Source: Candidatus Omnitrophota bacterium
GTDB taxonomy: Bacteria > Omnitrophota > Gorgyraeia > Gygaellales > Profunditerraquicolaceae
Direction: 5' to 3'
DNA: 64,000 nucleotides
Assembly: GCA_003598135.1 (NCBI GenBank)
Contig: QZKA01000026.1
Coordinates: forward strand, 11,258-75,257
In this document: one piece after another, positions 28,752 to 37,733 of the stretch
Numbering within the stretch: position 1 is the first letter of the stretch
Layout: every line of letters starts with the position of its first letter
Notes under the pieces: generated by a model
Database searches by the model: none
What the model was told of the DNA's origin: nothing
Seen by the model: only the letters and a program-made list of their open reading frames with translations
Position numbers and translations under genes: made by a program

Positions 28752-29065
28752 TATTTCCTCCTTTTAGCTTTAAATTGTACTGCCCTTTTGAGTTCTTCTA
28801 TCTTACTCCTTATGGCATGGACTATGCGCTGTCCAGGCTCCTGTTTTATTGAATGCTTCTCAATAAATTGCGCTCGATCATGTTTACCCACGCATTTCCA
28901 ACAACCGTACCCTACCAATACCGGTAGTACCCCGAGAGATTTCTTCTTCCTGCCCTTTCCCTCAAATACCTCCTGGCGATCATAAAACGCCACGGGGAAG
29001 TATTTTCCCTTCGCCGCATGTGCTCCTCCACATAGTTTGCAATATAATAATAGCCTCATCCTCAC
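28751..29065 (-). CDS. Cys-rich small protein, 104 aa, GTG start (CKLCGG...CWKC zinc-ribbon-like)
   Basis: Two CxxC pairs; start overlaps the upstream stop. Confidence 0.4.
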   Translation of the reverse strand: MRMRLLLYCKLCGGAHAAKGKYFPVAFYDRQEVFEGKGRKKKSLGVLPVLVGYGCWKCVGKHDRAQFIEKHSIKQEPGQRIVHAIRSKIEELKRAVQFKAKRRK

Positions 29066-29235
29066 TCCTTTCGTTCTACCCCTAATATCCTGACCTGATG
29101 CCCTTTCGGTATCTCACATATAAACTGCGGCCTGAATGGATTCTCAAATGCTTTCTTGACTGGCAGTTCCACGTCACGAACCATCCACTGACCGGTGTTG
29201 ATATCAATGAGTAGAATAGTTAATATGGATTTCAT
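29062..29235 (-). CDS. small ORF, 57 aa, translationally coupled
   Basis: ATGA overlap with the DUF559 gene stop and GTGA overlap with the next gene. Confidence 0.3.
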   Translation of the reverse strand: MKSILTILLIDINTGQWMVRDVELPVKKAFENPFRPQFICEIPKGHQVRILGVERKE

Positions 29236-29537
29236 CGTTTAAAAAATATCTTCAAATCTTTCCCTACTTCATCTATCATATCCGACGAATATCTTAAAAC
29301 TTTCCACCCTAACAGTTGCGCTGCGTTGTATTTCTGGCAGTCTCCGATAAACCCTGCCCCCCTGGTATGCCTGCCGCGGGTCCAGACAGCTCCTTCGCAC
29401 TCAATAGCGATTTTTTTATCAGGATAAGCAAAATCAAATCGCCACTTCCTCTCGGGATGGAAATGGTATTCTTTTCTGGGTATGGGCAAGCCCGCGCGCT
29501 CGATCCTGTTAAGCACGATCATTTCAAGACGCGTCAT
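29232..29537 (-). CDS. DUF559/Vsr-like endonuclease-fold protein, about 101 aa (start at the internal Met MTRLEM)
   Basis: WRFDFAYPDKKIAIECEG...GWKVLRY matches the DUF559 endonuclease domain; the longer ORF overlaps the upstream gene. Confidence 0.5.
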   Translation of the reverse strand: MTRLEMIVLNRIERAGLPIPRKEYHFHPERKWRFDFAYPDKKIAIECEGAVWTRGRHTRGAGFIGDCQKYNAAQLLGWKVLRYSSDMIDEVGKDLKIFFKR

Positions 29538-30298
29538 TGTACCTCCCTTATTCTCATCCCTGCCAATAGCTTCGCTATTGCCGGCGCTACTGGCGCCTTC
29601 TTCCATTGCTGGCCTTCTTTGATCTGCTGCTCTGCATTCCAGAATTCCCATTCCTTTTTTGTAGTTATTAAAAACCATGGCCAAGGCTTCTTTACTCCAG
29701 GCTTATTTCGTGTATAGCTTGCGCATATCCTGTTGATAACTGCTTCCGGTATCTCTACTTCTTTTTTTTTAAGCCTTCCTAAGAGCTGATAAATATTGAA
29801 TTCCTTACTGACAGTTTTTAGTTCTTCCTGAGTTTTATCTGAAAAAGCAGCCCAATAGGGCTGTGTTTCTTTATTCTTCTCTACTCTACTCAACTCTACT
29901 CTACTCAGAGGTAGTACTAACTTACCACTACGGTAGTCCTCTTGTAGTGATACTGGAGGATCAGGGTATTTTCCTTTTGAGGGATGATTAATAGTCTGAT
30001 GTTTCGGCATTGTAGGGCACCACAACCACTGCTTCCCCTCAGCTTCGAATGGGAAGTATCTGCGTAAAGCAATAATCTCCGCCACGATGGGGGCGATATC
30101 AATGCCTTCTTCCGGGAAGATATTATTCTTAAGGAAGAATAAATCGTACGGCATTACCCCTCCAATCTTCTTTGTTTCTTTATTTGGGTCACTCATGTGG
30201 CACCAGCTCAAGATATAAAAATAACGTGCTGGAATAGAGAGCGCCCGGATTTCTTTCTCAAACGGGTAACATGGATCTATTTGCCGCGTGCGGGCCAT
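29534..30298 (-). CDS. hypothetical early protein, 254 aa, candidate replication initiator with internal direct repeats
   Basis: ORF upstream of SSB; contains iteron-like repeats at 29878..29945. Confidence 0.45.
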   Translation of the reverse strand: MARTRQIDPCYPFEKEIRALSIPARYFYILSWCHMSDPNKETKKIGGVMPYDLFFLKNNIFPEEGIDIAPIVAEIIALRRYFPFEAEGKQWLWCPTMPKHQTINHPSKGKYPDPPVSLQEDYRSGKLVLPLSRVELSRVEKNKETQPYWAAFSDKTQEELKTVSKEFNIYQLLGRLKKKEVEIPEAVINRICASYTRNKPGVKKPWPWFLITTKKEWEFWNAEQQIKEGQQWKKAPVAPAIAKLLAGMRIREVQ

Positions 30299-30299
30299 A

Positions 30300-30659
30300 T
30301 TACTCTCCTATTTCTTCTTCCGGCGATGTGCCTGCCTTTACCCTATCCAGGAATTGAATATTCTCGATTTGCATCTCTATCACCGACCGCTTCTGACCAT
30401 CTTGTTCCCACGAGCGCGTCACAAGACGCCCCTCTACGAATACATTGCTTCCTTTTTTTAGATATTGAGTGCAGTTCTCTGCGCGCTTGGCCCAAAGCGT
30501 CCCGGTGATAAACAACTTGTCTTCGCGATCCTCATTATCTTTCCCCTTGAATATATGGCTCGATGCAAGCCGCAGGTTACACACCGCAGTGCCCTGAGGC
30601 GTATAGCGTAATTCGGGATCCTTGGTAAGATTTGCAATCAAGAGTATTTTGTTCAGCAT
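30300..30659 (-). CDS. ssb: single-stranded DNA-binding protein
   Basis: MLNKILLIANLTKDPELRYTPQGTAVCNLRLA is a classic SSB OB-fold N-terminus. Confidence 0.75.
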   Translation of the reverse strand: MLNKILLIANLTKDPELRYTPQGTAVCNLRLASSHIFKGKDNEDREDKLFITGTLWAKRAENCTQYLKKGSNVFVEGRLVTRSWEQDGQKRSVIEMQIENIQFLDRVKAGTSPEEEIGE

Positions 30660-30862
30660 AGCTTCTTCCTTTCGTTTTCCAGAATATCAGTAGCCACTTG
30701 TCCCAGGCCAGCCAACGGCCGTCTGTCCTGTTTTGATGATTCTTGCGGCGCCTTAATTTTCTACGCAATGACGGCGAGAGCGGTATAAATTCAGTAGTGC
30801 CGTCATAAACCCTCTGCCGGTCAAAATCCAAATAAAGGCCCCCTTCTCCCATGACAAACATA

Positions 30863-31138
30863 TTATGCAATATGTAGTTGTACTTCGCGCGAGTGCTCTA
30901 CTCTTTCTTGATAAATGCGCACCGCCTGAATATGGCTGCATTCTCTCCCCTTGCGCCCTGCCTGGCAGTTACAGAGAAGCTTCCCGAAATATTCCTTTAT
31001 GGTGTACGTACTGATGTTATATCCGGGGATGGGGAGGCATTGGTAAATGCCGTCAGTAACCCTGGATATCTTATTCAACTCAATGAGTTTCTTGACTTTT
31101 TGATTCATAAATGCCTTCGTACCCATTTCGTATCCCAT
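30863..31138 (-). CDS. SWIM zinc finger protein, 91 aa
   Basis: CNCQAGRKGRECSHI gives a CxCx8-CxH SWIM signature. Confidence 0.4.
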   Translation of the reverse strand: MGYEMGTKAFMNQKVKKLIELNKISRVTDGIYQCLPIPGYNISTYTIKEYFGKLLCNCQAGRKGRECSHIQAVRIYQERVEHSREVQLHIA

Positions 31139-31141
31139 GCG

Positions 31142-31648
31142 TTATCTCCTTTCTTTAAAAAAGGTATGCTCGCCTATCTTAGCCGTTTTTATCATTCCTT
31201 TGGCCCATCGGGGAATCCCGTAACGCTCGACTGCTTCGTAGTGGGTTGCGCCGTTGGTAAAATCTGGCGAATTCTCTACAAACACGCGCCGGACGATCTC
31301 TTTGGCTATGAGTTCCTGTTTCCTTCCTTCGCGTTGAACGAACACGTCAAGATTTTTTCTTTTTAACCCGCAAAGGCCTGTATTCATTCCTTTATTCAGG
31401 CGATTCCTCACACAGCAGGCCACGGCATACATGCCTTGGTAACCTTCCCCGGTTGCTTCCGCAATCAGTCCTTTCCACAGATCTTCGGGAATTCGCTGTT
31501 TCGCGTAGGCAGGCGTTGAGAGAAGCAATACGGTTATCAAAATTATGGGCCAGCACGGGATTAGACCCTGTGAAGGAAATTGCGTTCTTGAATTAACCGG
31601 TTTCTGAATTGTCCTAAGAGCAACGCGTACTGCGTATGCTGGTCCCAT
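31142..31648 (-). CDS. cell wall hydrolase (SleB/Hydrolase_2 type) with N-terminal TM anchor; putative endolysin
   Basis: GMYAVACCVRNRLNKG...ATHYE matches the SleB-type cell-wall hydrolase domain; N-terminal hydrophobic segment. Confidence 0.6.
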   Translation of the reverse strand: MGPAYAVRVALRTIQKPVNSRTQFPSQGLIPCWPIILITVLLLSTPAYAKQRIPEDLWKGLIAEATGEGYQGMYAVACCVRNRLNKGMNTGLCGLKRKNLDVFVQREGRKQELIAKEIVRRVFVENSPDFTNGATHYEAVERYGIPRWAKGMIKTAKIGEHTFFKERR

Positions 31649-31650
31649 AG

Positions 31651-32757
31651 TTACCCTTCCTGTCGTGCTGAATGCTCCTTGCTTAGATCGGCAAGCAGCT
31701 TATTTGCGGTAGCGATATCGGGTATTTCTTCCATCCTGGTAAGTCCCAAACCGCCCAAGATTTTCTGGTATATCTGATCCCCTACCTTTGACCTGGTTTT
31801 TGCAATGGTTTCCTGAATATGCTTCGGAAGGGAAGACTTTATTTCAGGCGGCGGCAACTGCTGTTTTGCTGGCGAGGCGCCGTTTTTATCTGCCGCCGTT
31901 GCCTCTACTTCAATCGGAGGCTCTTCCCAACTGGTGGTATCCGGAAGATCCATGGCGCTGTCTATCCCCTTGCGGTATTCCCGGCTGGTTTCATCAACCG
32001 CAATGGCGCGCTGCAGCTCTACCGATAAAGGCAGGAGCTTGGCAAGCTGAATCAATACCGTCTTCATACACATTGCGTCCGGGTCTTTATTCCAGGGAGA
32101 GGATTCCGCAAAATGTGGAGTTTGCAGCTTTACCATCCTCTTTTCTTTGTTGTCCCATTCCTGTGTGATCCAGGTCTTGCTATGTTTCCGGCCGTGTTCC
32201 ATGGCCTCTGCCTTTGACATAAACCTGAATATGCAGCCACCGCCTTTCATTTTGGCGATGGCGTAGTAGCCGATAACTTCTCCACGATCTCCCAGCGCCG
32301 GCTTGTGCCGTATAAAACTACTGGTCCCGTACTCGTAGGCAAAATCGTCGTGTGTATGCACAGTCTGCATCTCTATTGAGAGAGCGGCTTCATGCCGGTA
32401 GAATAACTCTGCCAAGCCCTTGTATCCTATTAAGGCCTGTACTTCCGGCACAGTTACCCATTCATTTCCTACCTTGCGCTTATTCTTAAACGGCAGAAGG
32501 TATGCGCGGCCGGCAATAGGTTCAAGGCCTATCTGCGCCAGCACAAATAAACTGCCCAAGAAACTCTCCGGCGTGCATTTCGCGAGATCCGGATTCGTCC
32601 TTATCGACGTCAACGCGATCCGTACCAGCCTCTCCGGATTCAGATGTGCCGGCAGAGCTTGCCCAAGCTCTTTTGCCGACTGCTTAATCAATGTTGTGAG
32701 ACTTTTCTGCTCTGGCGAATTCTCTAATGCTTTCCCCACTTCTCCTTGTTTTGCCAT
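31651..32757 (-). CDS. recT: RecT family single-strand annealing protein
   Basis: LPAHLNPERLVRIALTSIRTNPDL...GLEPIAGRAYLLPF...IGYKGL are RecT motifs. Confidence 0.75.
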   Translation of the reverse strand: MAKQGEVGKALENSPEQKSLTTLIKQSAKELGQALPAHLNPERLVRIALTSIRTNPDLAKCTPESFLGSLFVLAQIGLEPIAGRAYLLPFKNKRKVGNEWVTVPEVQALIGYKGLAELFYRHEAALSIEMQTVHTHDDFAYEYGTSSFIRHKPALGDRGEVIGYYAIAKMKGGGCIFRFMSKAEAMEHGRKHSKTWITQEWDNKEKRMVKLQTPHFAESSPWNKDPDAMCMKTVLIQLAKLLPLSVELQRAIAVDETSREYRKGIDSAMDLPDTTSWEEPPIEVEATAADKNGASPAKQQLPPPEIKSSLPKHIQETIAKTRSKVGDQIYQKILGGLGLTRMEEIPDIATANKLLADLSKEHSARQEG

Positions 32758-32767
32758 AACTTCCTCC

Positions 32768-33802
32768 TTATTTCTTCACCGATATCCTCAGTATTCTTTT
32801 ATCCTTTGGTTTCGCATACTTCTCGTATAACCCGGGTTCCTCTTTCTTGAATAACTCGACGTCTATCCTCCTTTCCTGCTGATTCTTCCACGTAATTTTA
32901 TACTTCGGGGTTACGCCGGTTTCGTAAGTCTTCAGCATCGCCCGCAGCGTATTCTTTTGTTCATCAATTTCTTTTTCAAGAACGGCATAATCTGCCTGCA
33001 TAGAATCAAGGCTCTCACATACACGACTGGCATCATCTCCAAGTTCTATGATGCTTTCATTGGCTGCCTTTGGGTATAGCCTGTAAAGGACGCCATCATC
33101 TTGAGAGGTTATGGTCATCGGCATCACTTTCGGAACGATGAAATTGTTCCAGAAATGAACCTCTTTGGCGATCATGTTATCGAGCGTCTTGGGATCAACA
33201 AGATTTATGTGTTCTTTTGGCATCTTAGGCAGGTCTGTTTTAGTATCGTAATCAGATCGAACAAATACCTTCCAGAGGAACGACATATTTCCGATTAATA
33301 CGGCAAGGTACCATATCGGAAGGCCAGTCACAGCCATATAGTGCAAACACTGCACTTGATATTCTTGAGGAATTTCTTCGCCTTCCCACTCCCTCATCTT
33401 AAACTGGTTAGCAGTTTTGGCTTCAAACCCTGCCTGTTCTAACATTACCCTTCGGTCAATGTTTGCCCCAATAAAGGAATACCGTGGATGAAGTATGGTT
33501 ATCCTGTTTGGGTCATCGTGGGATACTACGTATGGACGACGTATCTCTTCACAAAATTCTTTAGTCACCATAGCTACTCTTTTACCCGTATCTTCCATAA
33601 AAAATTCAGCTACGGTTTGCTCAAGCTTAATGCCGAGCTTTACCGCGACTCTGTCAGAGATATCTTCCGGCGCAACTTGGCCGGTTTTTATAGCCCAAAC
33701 TTGCAAAGGCGTTCTGTAGCGAGAGAGACCGAGGATCGCCGCGGCATCTGAGCCGCCAATATAAAACTTCCTTGCCTCAACCTGTTCTTTTGTCCAGTCC
33801 AT
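32768..33802 (-). CDS. YqaJ-like viral recombinase exonuclease (RecE/lambda-exo family)
   Basis: IGGSDAAAILGLSRYRTPLQVW is the YqaJ signature; paired with recT. Confidence 0.7.
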   Translation of the reverse strand: MDWTKEQVEARKFYIGGSDAAAILGLSRYRTPLQVWAIKTGQVAPEDISDRVAVKLGIKLEQTVAEFFMEDTGKRVAMVTKEFCEEIRRPYVVSHDDPNRITILHPRYSFIGANIDRRVMLEQAGFEAKTANQFKMREWEGEEIPQEYQVQCLHYMAVTGLPIWYLAVLIGNMSFLWKVFVRSDYDTKTDLPKMPKEHINLVDPKTLDNMIAKEVHFWNNFIVPKVMPMTITSQDDGVLYRLYPKAANESIIELGDDASRVCESLDSMQADYAVLEKEIDEQKNTLRAMLKTYETGVTPKYKITWKNQQERRIDVELFKKEEPGLYEKYAKPKDKRILRISVKK

Positions 33803-35415
33803 TATTTCGTCTCCACCTGTAGGTCTCCGTCAGTTACTACGGTAATAAAGAATTGAAATTCCTGATCCCCTTCTATCTGCTGCAGGAATTCTGCCCGGAC
33901 GGTTTCATCAAGGTGTTCAAGCTTGTCTACACAGATCAGTTTAAGCGGGTTATCCTTAGCCAGTACCCTGGCGATATCCAAGCAGATCCTTACTTGCTGG
34001 GCAGTGGATAGATTCGATAACGGCAGGTCTTTTATAGTTACGATCCCGCGGCCGTCTACCCCGAGATCCTTAATGGGCAATTCTACTGTGGCGAGTAACT
34101 CGTGAGGCTTAAGCCGAGCGGTCTCTACGCATTTGTCATAGTGTTCAGCCGTTGCCTCTTCTTCTTTTAACCGGTCCTGCAGAGCCCCTACTTCCCTGGC
34201 CAAGGGGATAAAGGACTTCATGCGTTCTGCTTCTATACAGCGGTTCTTTATCGGAGCCGTATCAATGAGCTGGTGAACGTCGAGGAAAAACTCAGCTTGT
34301 TTCTTTTTGACTTCAAGACGGGTGAGTTCCTCTTTCTTGCGCTCGGCGATAGTCTTCAATCTTTCTTTAGTTACTTTAACAAGAGCTGCTTTTCTCTCGG
34401 CCAAGGATATTTCGTCAAGAGCTTTTACCTTAACCCGCAGGGATTCTTTCTCATTGATGAGTTTCTGAATCCTATCCTGCAGTAATTTGATTTCTTCGTC
34501 TACCATGTCTATCTGGACGATTAAATCTTTCTTGTCGCCCTCTATGGCCTCCTTGGCTTGTTCATATTCCGTTTTTTCGTTCTCCTGGGCCTCTTTTTCC
34601 TGCAGGGCATACTTATTGCGTATGGCTTCTACGTCTAACGGAAATGCCTCAATCACATTATGGCATTCCACAATGTCCCTGTTTGTTTCTTGGGCGTCGT
34701 TGAGTTCTGCGAATAATGCTCCGAGGTTTATCTGCTCCCAAGCCTCTACTTCGTAGTTATCCGGAAGCCTCTTGGCTACGGCTGCGCTCTCGTCCTCTGT
34801 GGCCTTAACCCTGGCGTTTGCCTCGCGCCTGGCGTCATAGAACCATTCTTCCAACGCCTTTAATACCTGCAGGCCATGGTTCTCATAGTTGACTTTTGGT
34901 GCTTCTCCGAACCATTCCAACGCTTGCTTCGCGGTCACCATAATTGGCATAAGACTGAACAAAATACTGGTTTGTTCGGTATCTTTCTTCTGCATAAAAT
35001 CTACGGGATTGAAGACGAACACATCGCGATGTGTTCCTTTGTTTACTTGATACCCAAATAATTCCTTTAGAAAAGTCTCGGGAGACTTCACCGGAACACC
35101 CGCTTTAGTTACCTTAACCGATCCCTCATCCAGTCCTGCTTCATCTTCTTTTACGGTCCGACGTATGCTTATGCCGTCATCAGTTTCAAGCTCTATATAA
35201 GCTTTATCTGCTCCTGTCCTCACAAAGCGCGCGCGCCGTTTGGTGTTATAAAGTGCTTTTTCTATGGTCTCGAGTATCGATGTCTTACCCCGTTCGTTGC
35301 CGCCGCTTATCACATTGACTTTGCCCGGGTTGATAGCGAGTTCCTCTATGCCCAAACAATCTTTAATTACTAATCTCTTTATCATTACTCCTCCTGTTTT
35401 ATCATCCGCCCACAA
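33802..35415 (-). CDS. SMC/RecF/SbcC-like ATPase with a coiled-coil region, 537 aa
   Basis: Walker A GGNERGKTS close to the N-terminus; long coiled coil; C-terminal signature region. Confidence 0.55.
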   Translation of the reverse strand: MWADDKTGGVMIKRLVIKDCLGIEELAINPGKVNVISGGNERGKTSILETIEKALYNTKRRARFVRTGADKAYIELETDDGISIRRTVKEDEAGLDEGSVKVTKAGVPVKSPETFLKELFGYQVNKGTHRDVFVFNPVDFMQKKDTEQTSILFSLMPIMVTAKQALEWFGEAPKVNYENHGLQVLKALEEWFYDARREANARVKATEDESAAVAKRLPDNYEVEAWEQINLGALFAELNDAQETNRDIVECHNVIEAFPLDVEAIRNKYALQEKEAQENEKTEYEQAKEAIEGDKKDLIVQIDMVDEEIKLLQDRIQKLINEKESLRVKVKALDEISLAERKAALVKVTKERLKTIAERKKEELTRLEVKKKQAEFFLDVHQLIDTAPIKNRCIEAERMKSFIPLAREVGALQDRLKEEEATAEHYDKCVETARLKPHELLATVELPIKDLGVDGRGIVTIKDLPLSNLSTAQQVRICLDIARVLAKDNPLKLICVDKLEHLDETVRAEFLQQIEGDQEFQFFITVVTDGDLQVETK

Positions 35416-35572
35416 GCGCTGTTTCAGAAAAACGCTCTATTGCCGCGTTGATCCGCCTCAGCCTATCCTCGATTTCATTCCTGGTTGTTTCCGACCAGTA
35501 CTGCTCCAGGGTTTTCTCAATCGTGTGTTTTGCCTCAAATAACCTCTTAAGTGTAATATTCATAAAGACCTC
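35414..35572 (-). CDS. small ORF, 52 aa
   Basis: ORF between the ATPase and the excisionase-like gene. Confidence 0.3.
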
Positions 35573-35806
35573 TTATTTAGGTTGAAGTAAGAGTTTTTCT
35601 ACGTCGTCCCAAAAAAACCTCAGTGCCCGATTAGCCCCCAGCTTTACCGGCCTAATGCCCATTAACAACTCCGGCCATTTGTTGCGCAGGTAGTTTTCCG
35701 AATACCGAAGACGGCTTGCTATCGTTTTAATATCTACTACTTCCCTTATCATACCCCCTCCTACAAGCGCTCTAATTCCTCCTGTACTACCTTCGACTTC
35801 TTCCAA
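35573..35806 (-). CDS. small DNA-binding (excisionase/AlpA-like) protein, 77 aa
   Basis: Position in the early operon downstream of cro; HTH-like segment. Confidence 0.35.
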   Translation of the reverse strand: MEEVEGSTGGIRALVGGGMIREVVDIKTIASRLRYSENYLRNKWPELLMGIRPVKLGANRALRFFWDDVEKLLLQPK

Positions 35807-35955
35807 TAATCCTGTACCTTTACTTTTAATTCTTCGCGCGACATATTACTTTCGAGATCTTCGTGTAGGAGTTCATTAAGTAATATCTGTACGTCCAGCA
35901 CGAAATTTATTGCCTGCCCCTTGATTGACTTCCTGCCCGATCCGTGTCCCCCCAT

Positions 35956-36192
35956 TTAGTCCTCCTGTTCTATCTCGCGGTCTAACGTTAATAGCTCAGA
36001 AGCGTCAAGCCCGGTCAGTAGGCAAAGCTTGCGGAGCATCTGCCATGACGGATGCTTCGGTTTTTTTTCGTCAAGCCATTGCGATATGAGGCTATCATCG
36101 CAGCCAAGCTCCAGCGCAAGCTGCCGTTGATTCCACCCCTTGAGTTCCATCCACTTATTCAGTTTTCCTGTGATTCTAAACGCTCCCTTCAT
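35956..36192 (-). CDS. cro: Cro-like XRE-family HTH repressor, 78 aa
   Basis: HTH NQRQLALELGCDDSLISQWL; divergent from the cI-like gene across an operator region; SD GGAGGA. Confidence 0.6.
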   Translation of the reverse strand: MKGAFRITGKLNKWMELKGWNQRQLALELGCDDSLISQWLDEKKPKHPSWQMLRKLCLLTGLDASELLTLDREIEQED

Positions 36193-36261
36193 GCGATCCT
36201 CCGATTTACTTTATGTATCACTCGTTGGTTAAAAAAAATTGCTCCCTGGCGTTTCAAGGCA

Positions 36262-36403
36262 ATGATACTACTTTTTGTAATCTTGTCAAGCGTTTTTTTA
36301 CAAAAAGTGGTATTCATATTTTTATGTTCTAAAAATTCCGTCGGTAATGCTACTTTTTGTATGACTTAAAATATTTGACTAAGCCTACTTACTGTAGTAT
36401 AAA
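36262..36403. promoter_or_regulatory. genetic switch region: Pcro (-35 36284..36289, -10 36262..36267 on the minus strand), PcI (-35 TTGACT 36375..36380, -10 TATAAA 36398..36403), and three operator repeats TACAAAAAGT(A/G)GTA at 36267..36281, 36299..36312 and 36349..36364
   Basis: Three copies of a 14-bp motif in alternating orientation overlapping the divergent promoter hexamers. Confidence 0.55.
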
Positions 36404-36461
36404 AGTTGTCAAGTATGGTTTTTCCCCACAAAAAAAATCGGTATGCTAAAATCGCATAATC

Positions 36462-37046
36462 ATGCTGCTTAAAGACCGCATCAGACAATTAAGGGAAGAT
36501 AAAAAACTCCTACAGAAAGAATTCGCCAAAAAGCTCGGCGTATCTAAGCCTACGGTGTCAGCCTGGGAGCAGGGATCAAGGTATCCTAACTCTACCCAAC
36601 GCAAAAAAATATGTGAGTTCTTTGGAATCAGCGAAGCAATGCTTTTTGGTTTGCCGAAGGTGGAGATTGAAGATGCTATCATCCCTATCGTTTCTTCCGT
36701 AGGTGCCACGGACGATCTTGGACGCGCGGCATTTGAGGCGTTCGATCCACCCTATAAAACGATATCTTTTAAAGATTGCAAAGCGGTCGTGGTAGACTCA
36801 AACAGTATGGCGCCGATTGCGTATAAAGGACAGAAGATTATTTACTGCGAAACAGAGCCGGTTCACAACGGGGACCTCGTGTTTATAAAACTCAAAAAGG
36901 GGGCGCAGCTGTTCAAACGCTTTCACAAAAATCACGATAACATTATCACGCTCCAGAGCGTTAACCCTACAGAATCCTTTGATCCTATTCCGGTACACGA
37001 AAAGGAGATTGAATTCTGCTACAAGGTCATGGGAGTGAAGTTTTGA
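36462..37046 (+). CDS. cI: CI-like repressor: XRE HTH plus S24 LexA-type peptidase domain
   Basis: N-terminal HTH; C-terminal SNSMAP (Ser) and LFKRF (Lys) dyad with GDLVFIK; near-leaderless start. Confidence 0.8.
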   Translation: MLLKDRIRQLREDKKLLQKEFAKKLGVSKPTVSAWEQGSRYPNSTQRKKICEFFGISEAMLFGLPKVEIEDAIIPIVSSVGATDDLGRAAFEAFDPPYKTISFKDCKAVVVDSNSMAPIAYKGQKIIYCETEPVHNGDLVFIKLKKGAQLFKRFHKNHDNIITLQSVNPTESFDPIPVHEKEIEFCYKVMGVKF

Positions 37047-37552
37047 AAAGGCATACCTTAATATATATTTTTCTCTTGCTTCTCTCCGGATGCGCAACGC
37101 TTTCTTCCCTGCCGCAGACTATCGATGGTGTCGATTTCAATTCGCTTAAGACCGGTCGGACCGCCATGTGGACGTACGAAGACGAAACAGTCTTTAATAA
37201 TATGGATAAAGAAATGATCTTCCTTGCGGCAAAGCATGGTCTTTCCGCAAGCGGATTCGTGATCAGAAAAGCCTCGTTCGAAGATGGGGTATTGCTTGGG
37301 TACCACGATACGACAGCCCACGACTGGAACGTCGTTGCCGGAGTCTACATTAAGCAATCCGGAGAAAAAACGGCAGTCAAGGTTATCGCAAAAACCTCAA
37401 AGGATTTTTCATTGGTCGGTAATATCGGGGATACTACTTCCGCAAGCTGGCCGCAGCTCATTATCAGCGCAATGCAGGATTATATAGTAAAGGAGTCTCT
37501 TACTGCTAATAAACCTGCCAAGCACTTAAAGGTGAATGGAACTGAAAGATAG
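37043..37552 (+). CDS. prophage lipoprotein, TTG start, 169 aa; candidate superinfection-exclusion (Ltp-like) moron
   Basis: Signal peptide with lipobox LLSGC; located between cI and int. Confidence 0.55.
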   Translation: MKRHTLIYIFLLLLSGCATLSSLPQTIDGVDFNSLKTGRTAMWTYEDETVFNNMDKEMIFLAAKHGLSASGFVIRKASFEDGVLLGYHDTTAHDWNVVAGVYIKQSGEKTAVKVIAKTSKDFSLVGNIGDTTSASWPQLIISAMQDYIVKESLTANKPAKHLKVNGTER

Positions 37553-37733
37553 AATTAAGGAATTAAGGGGAAAAAAGCGTCTTACGCAGGCCCAGCTGGC
37601 CGAAGGGACAATGGTTGACCAGTCTACTGTCTCTTATTGGGAAAAGGGCCGCCAGGAGCCTAACGCGGCGCAAAGGAAGCAACTCTGCCGATTCCTGGGA
37701 ATCACCCAATCAGAACTCTTTAAGGGTTTATGA
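37536..37733 (+). CDS. XRE-family HTH protein, 65 aa; paralog of the CI N-terminal domain without the peptidase domain
   Basis: About 48% identity to CI residues 1-62 (LKDRI..LR..K.L.Q...A....V...TVS.WE.G...PN..QRK..C.F.GI....LF). Confidence 0.55.
   Translation: MELKDRIKELRGKKRLTQAQLAEGTMVDQSTVSYWEKGRQEPNAAQRKQLCRFLGITQSELFKGL

Noticed and set aside
30577-30941. Overlapping minus-strand ORFs of 97 and 62 aa in the ssb-SWIM intergenic region
   Set aside because: They overlap the ssb N-terminus and each other. The region is better read as a roughly 200 bp intergenic promoter region.
37058-37357. 99-aa minus-strand ORF
   Set aside because: It lies entirely antisense within the lipoprotein gene, which has coupled neighbours and a signal peptide.
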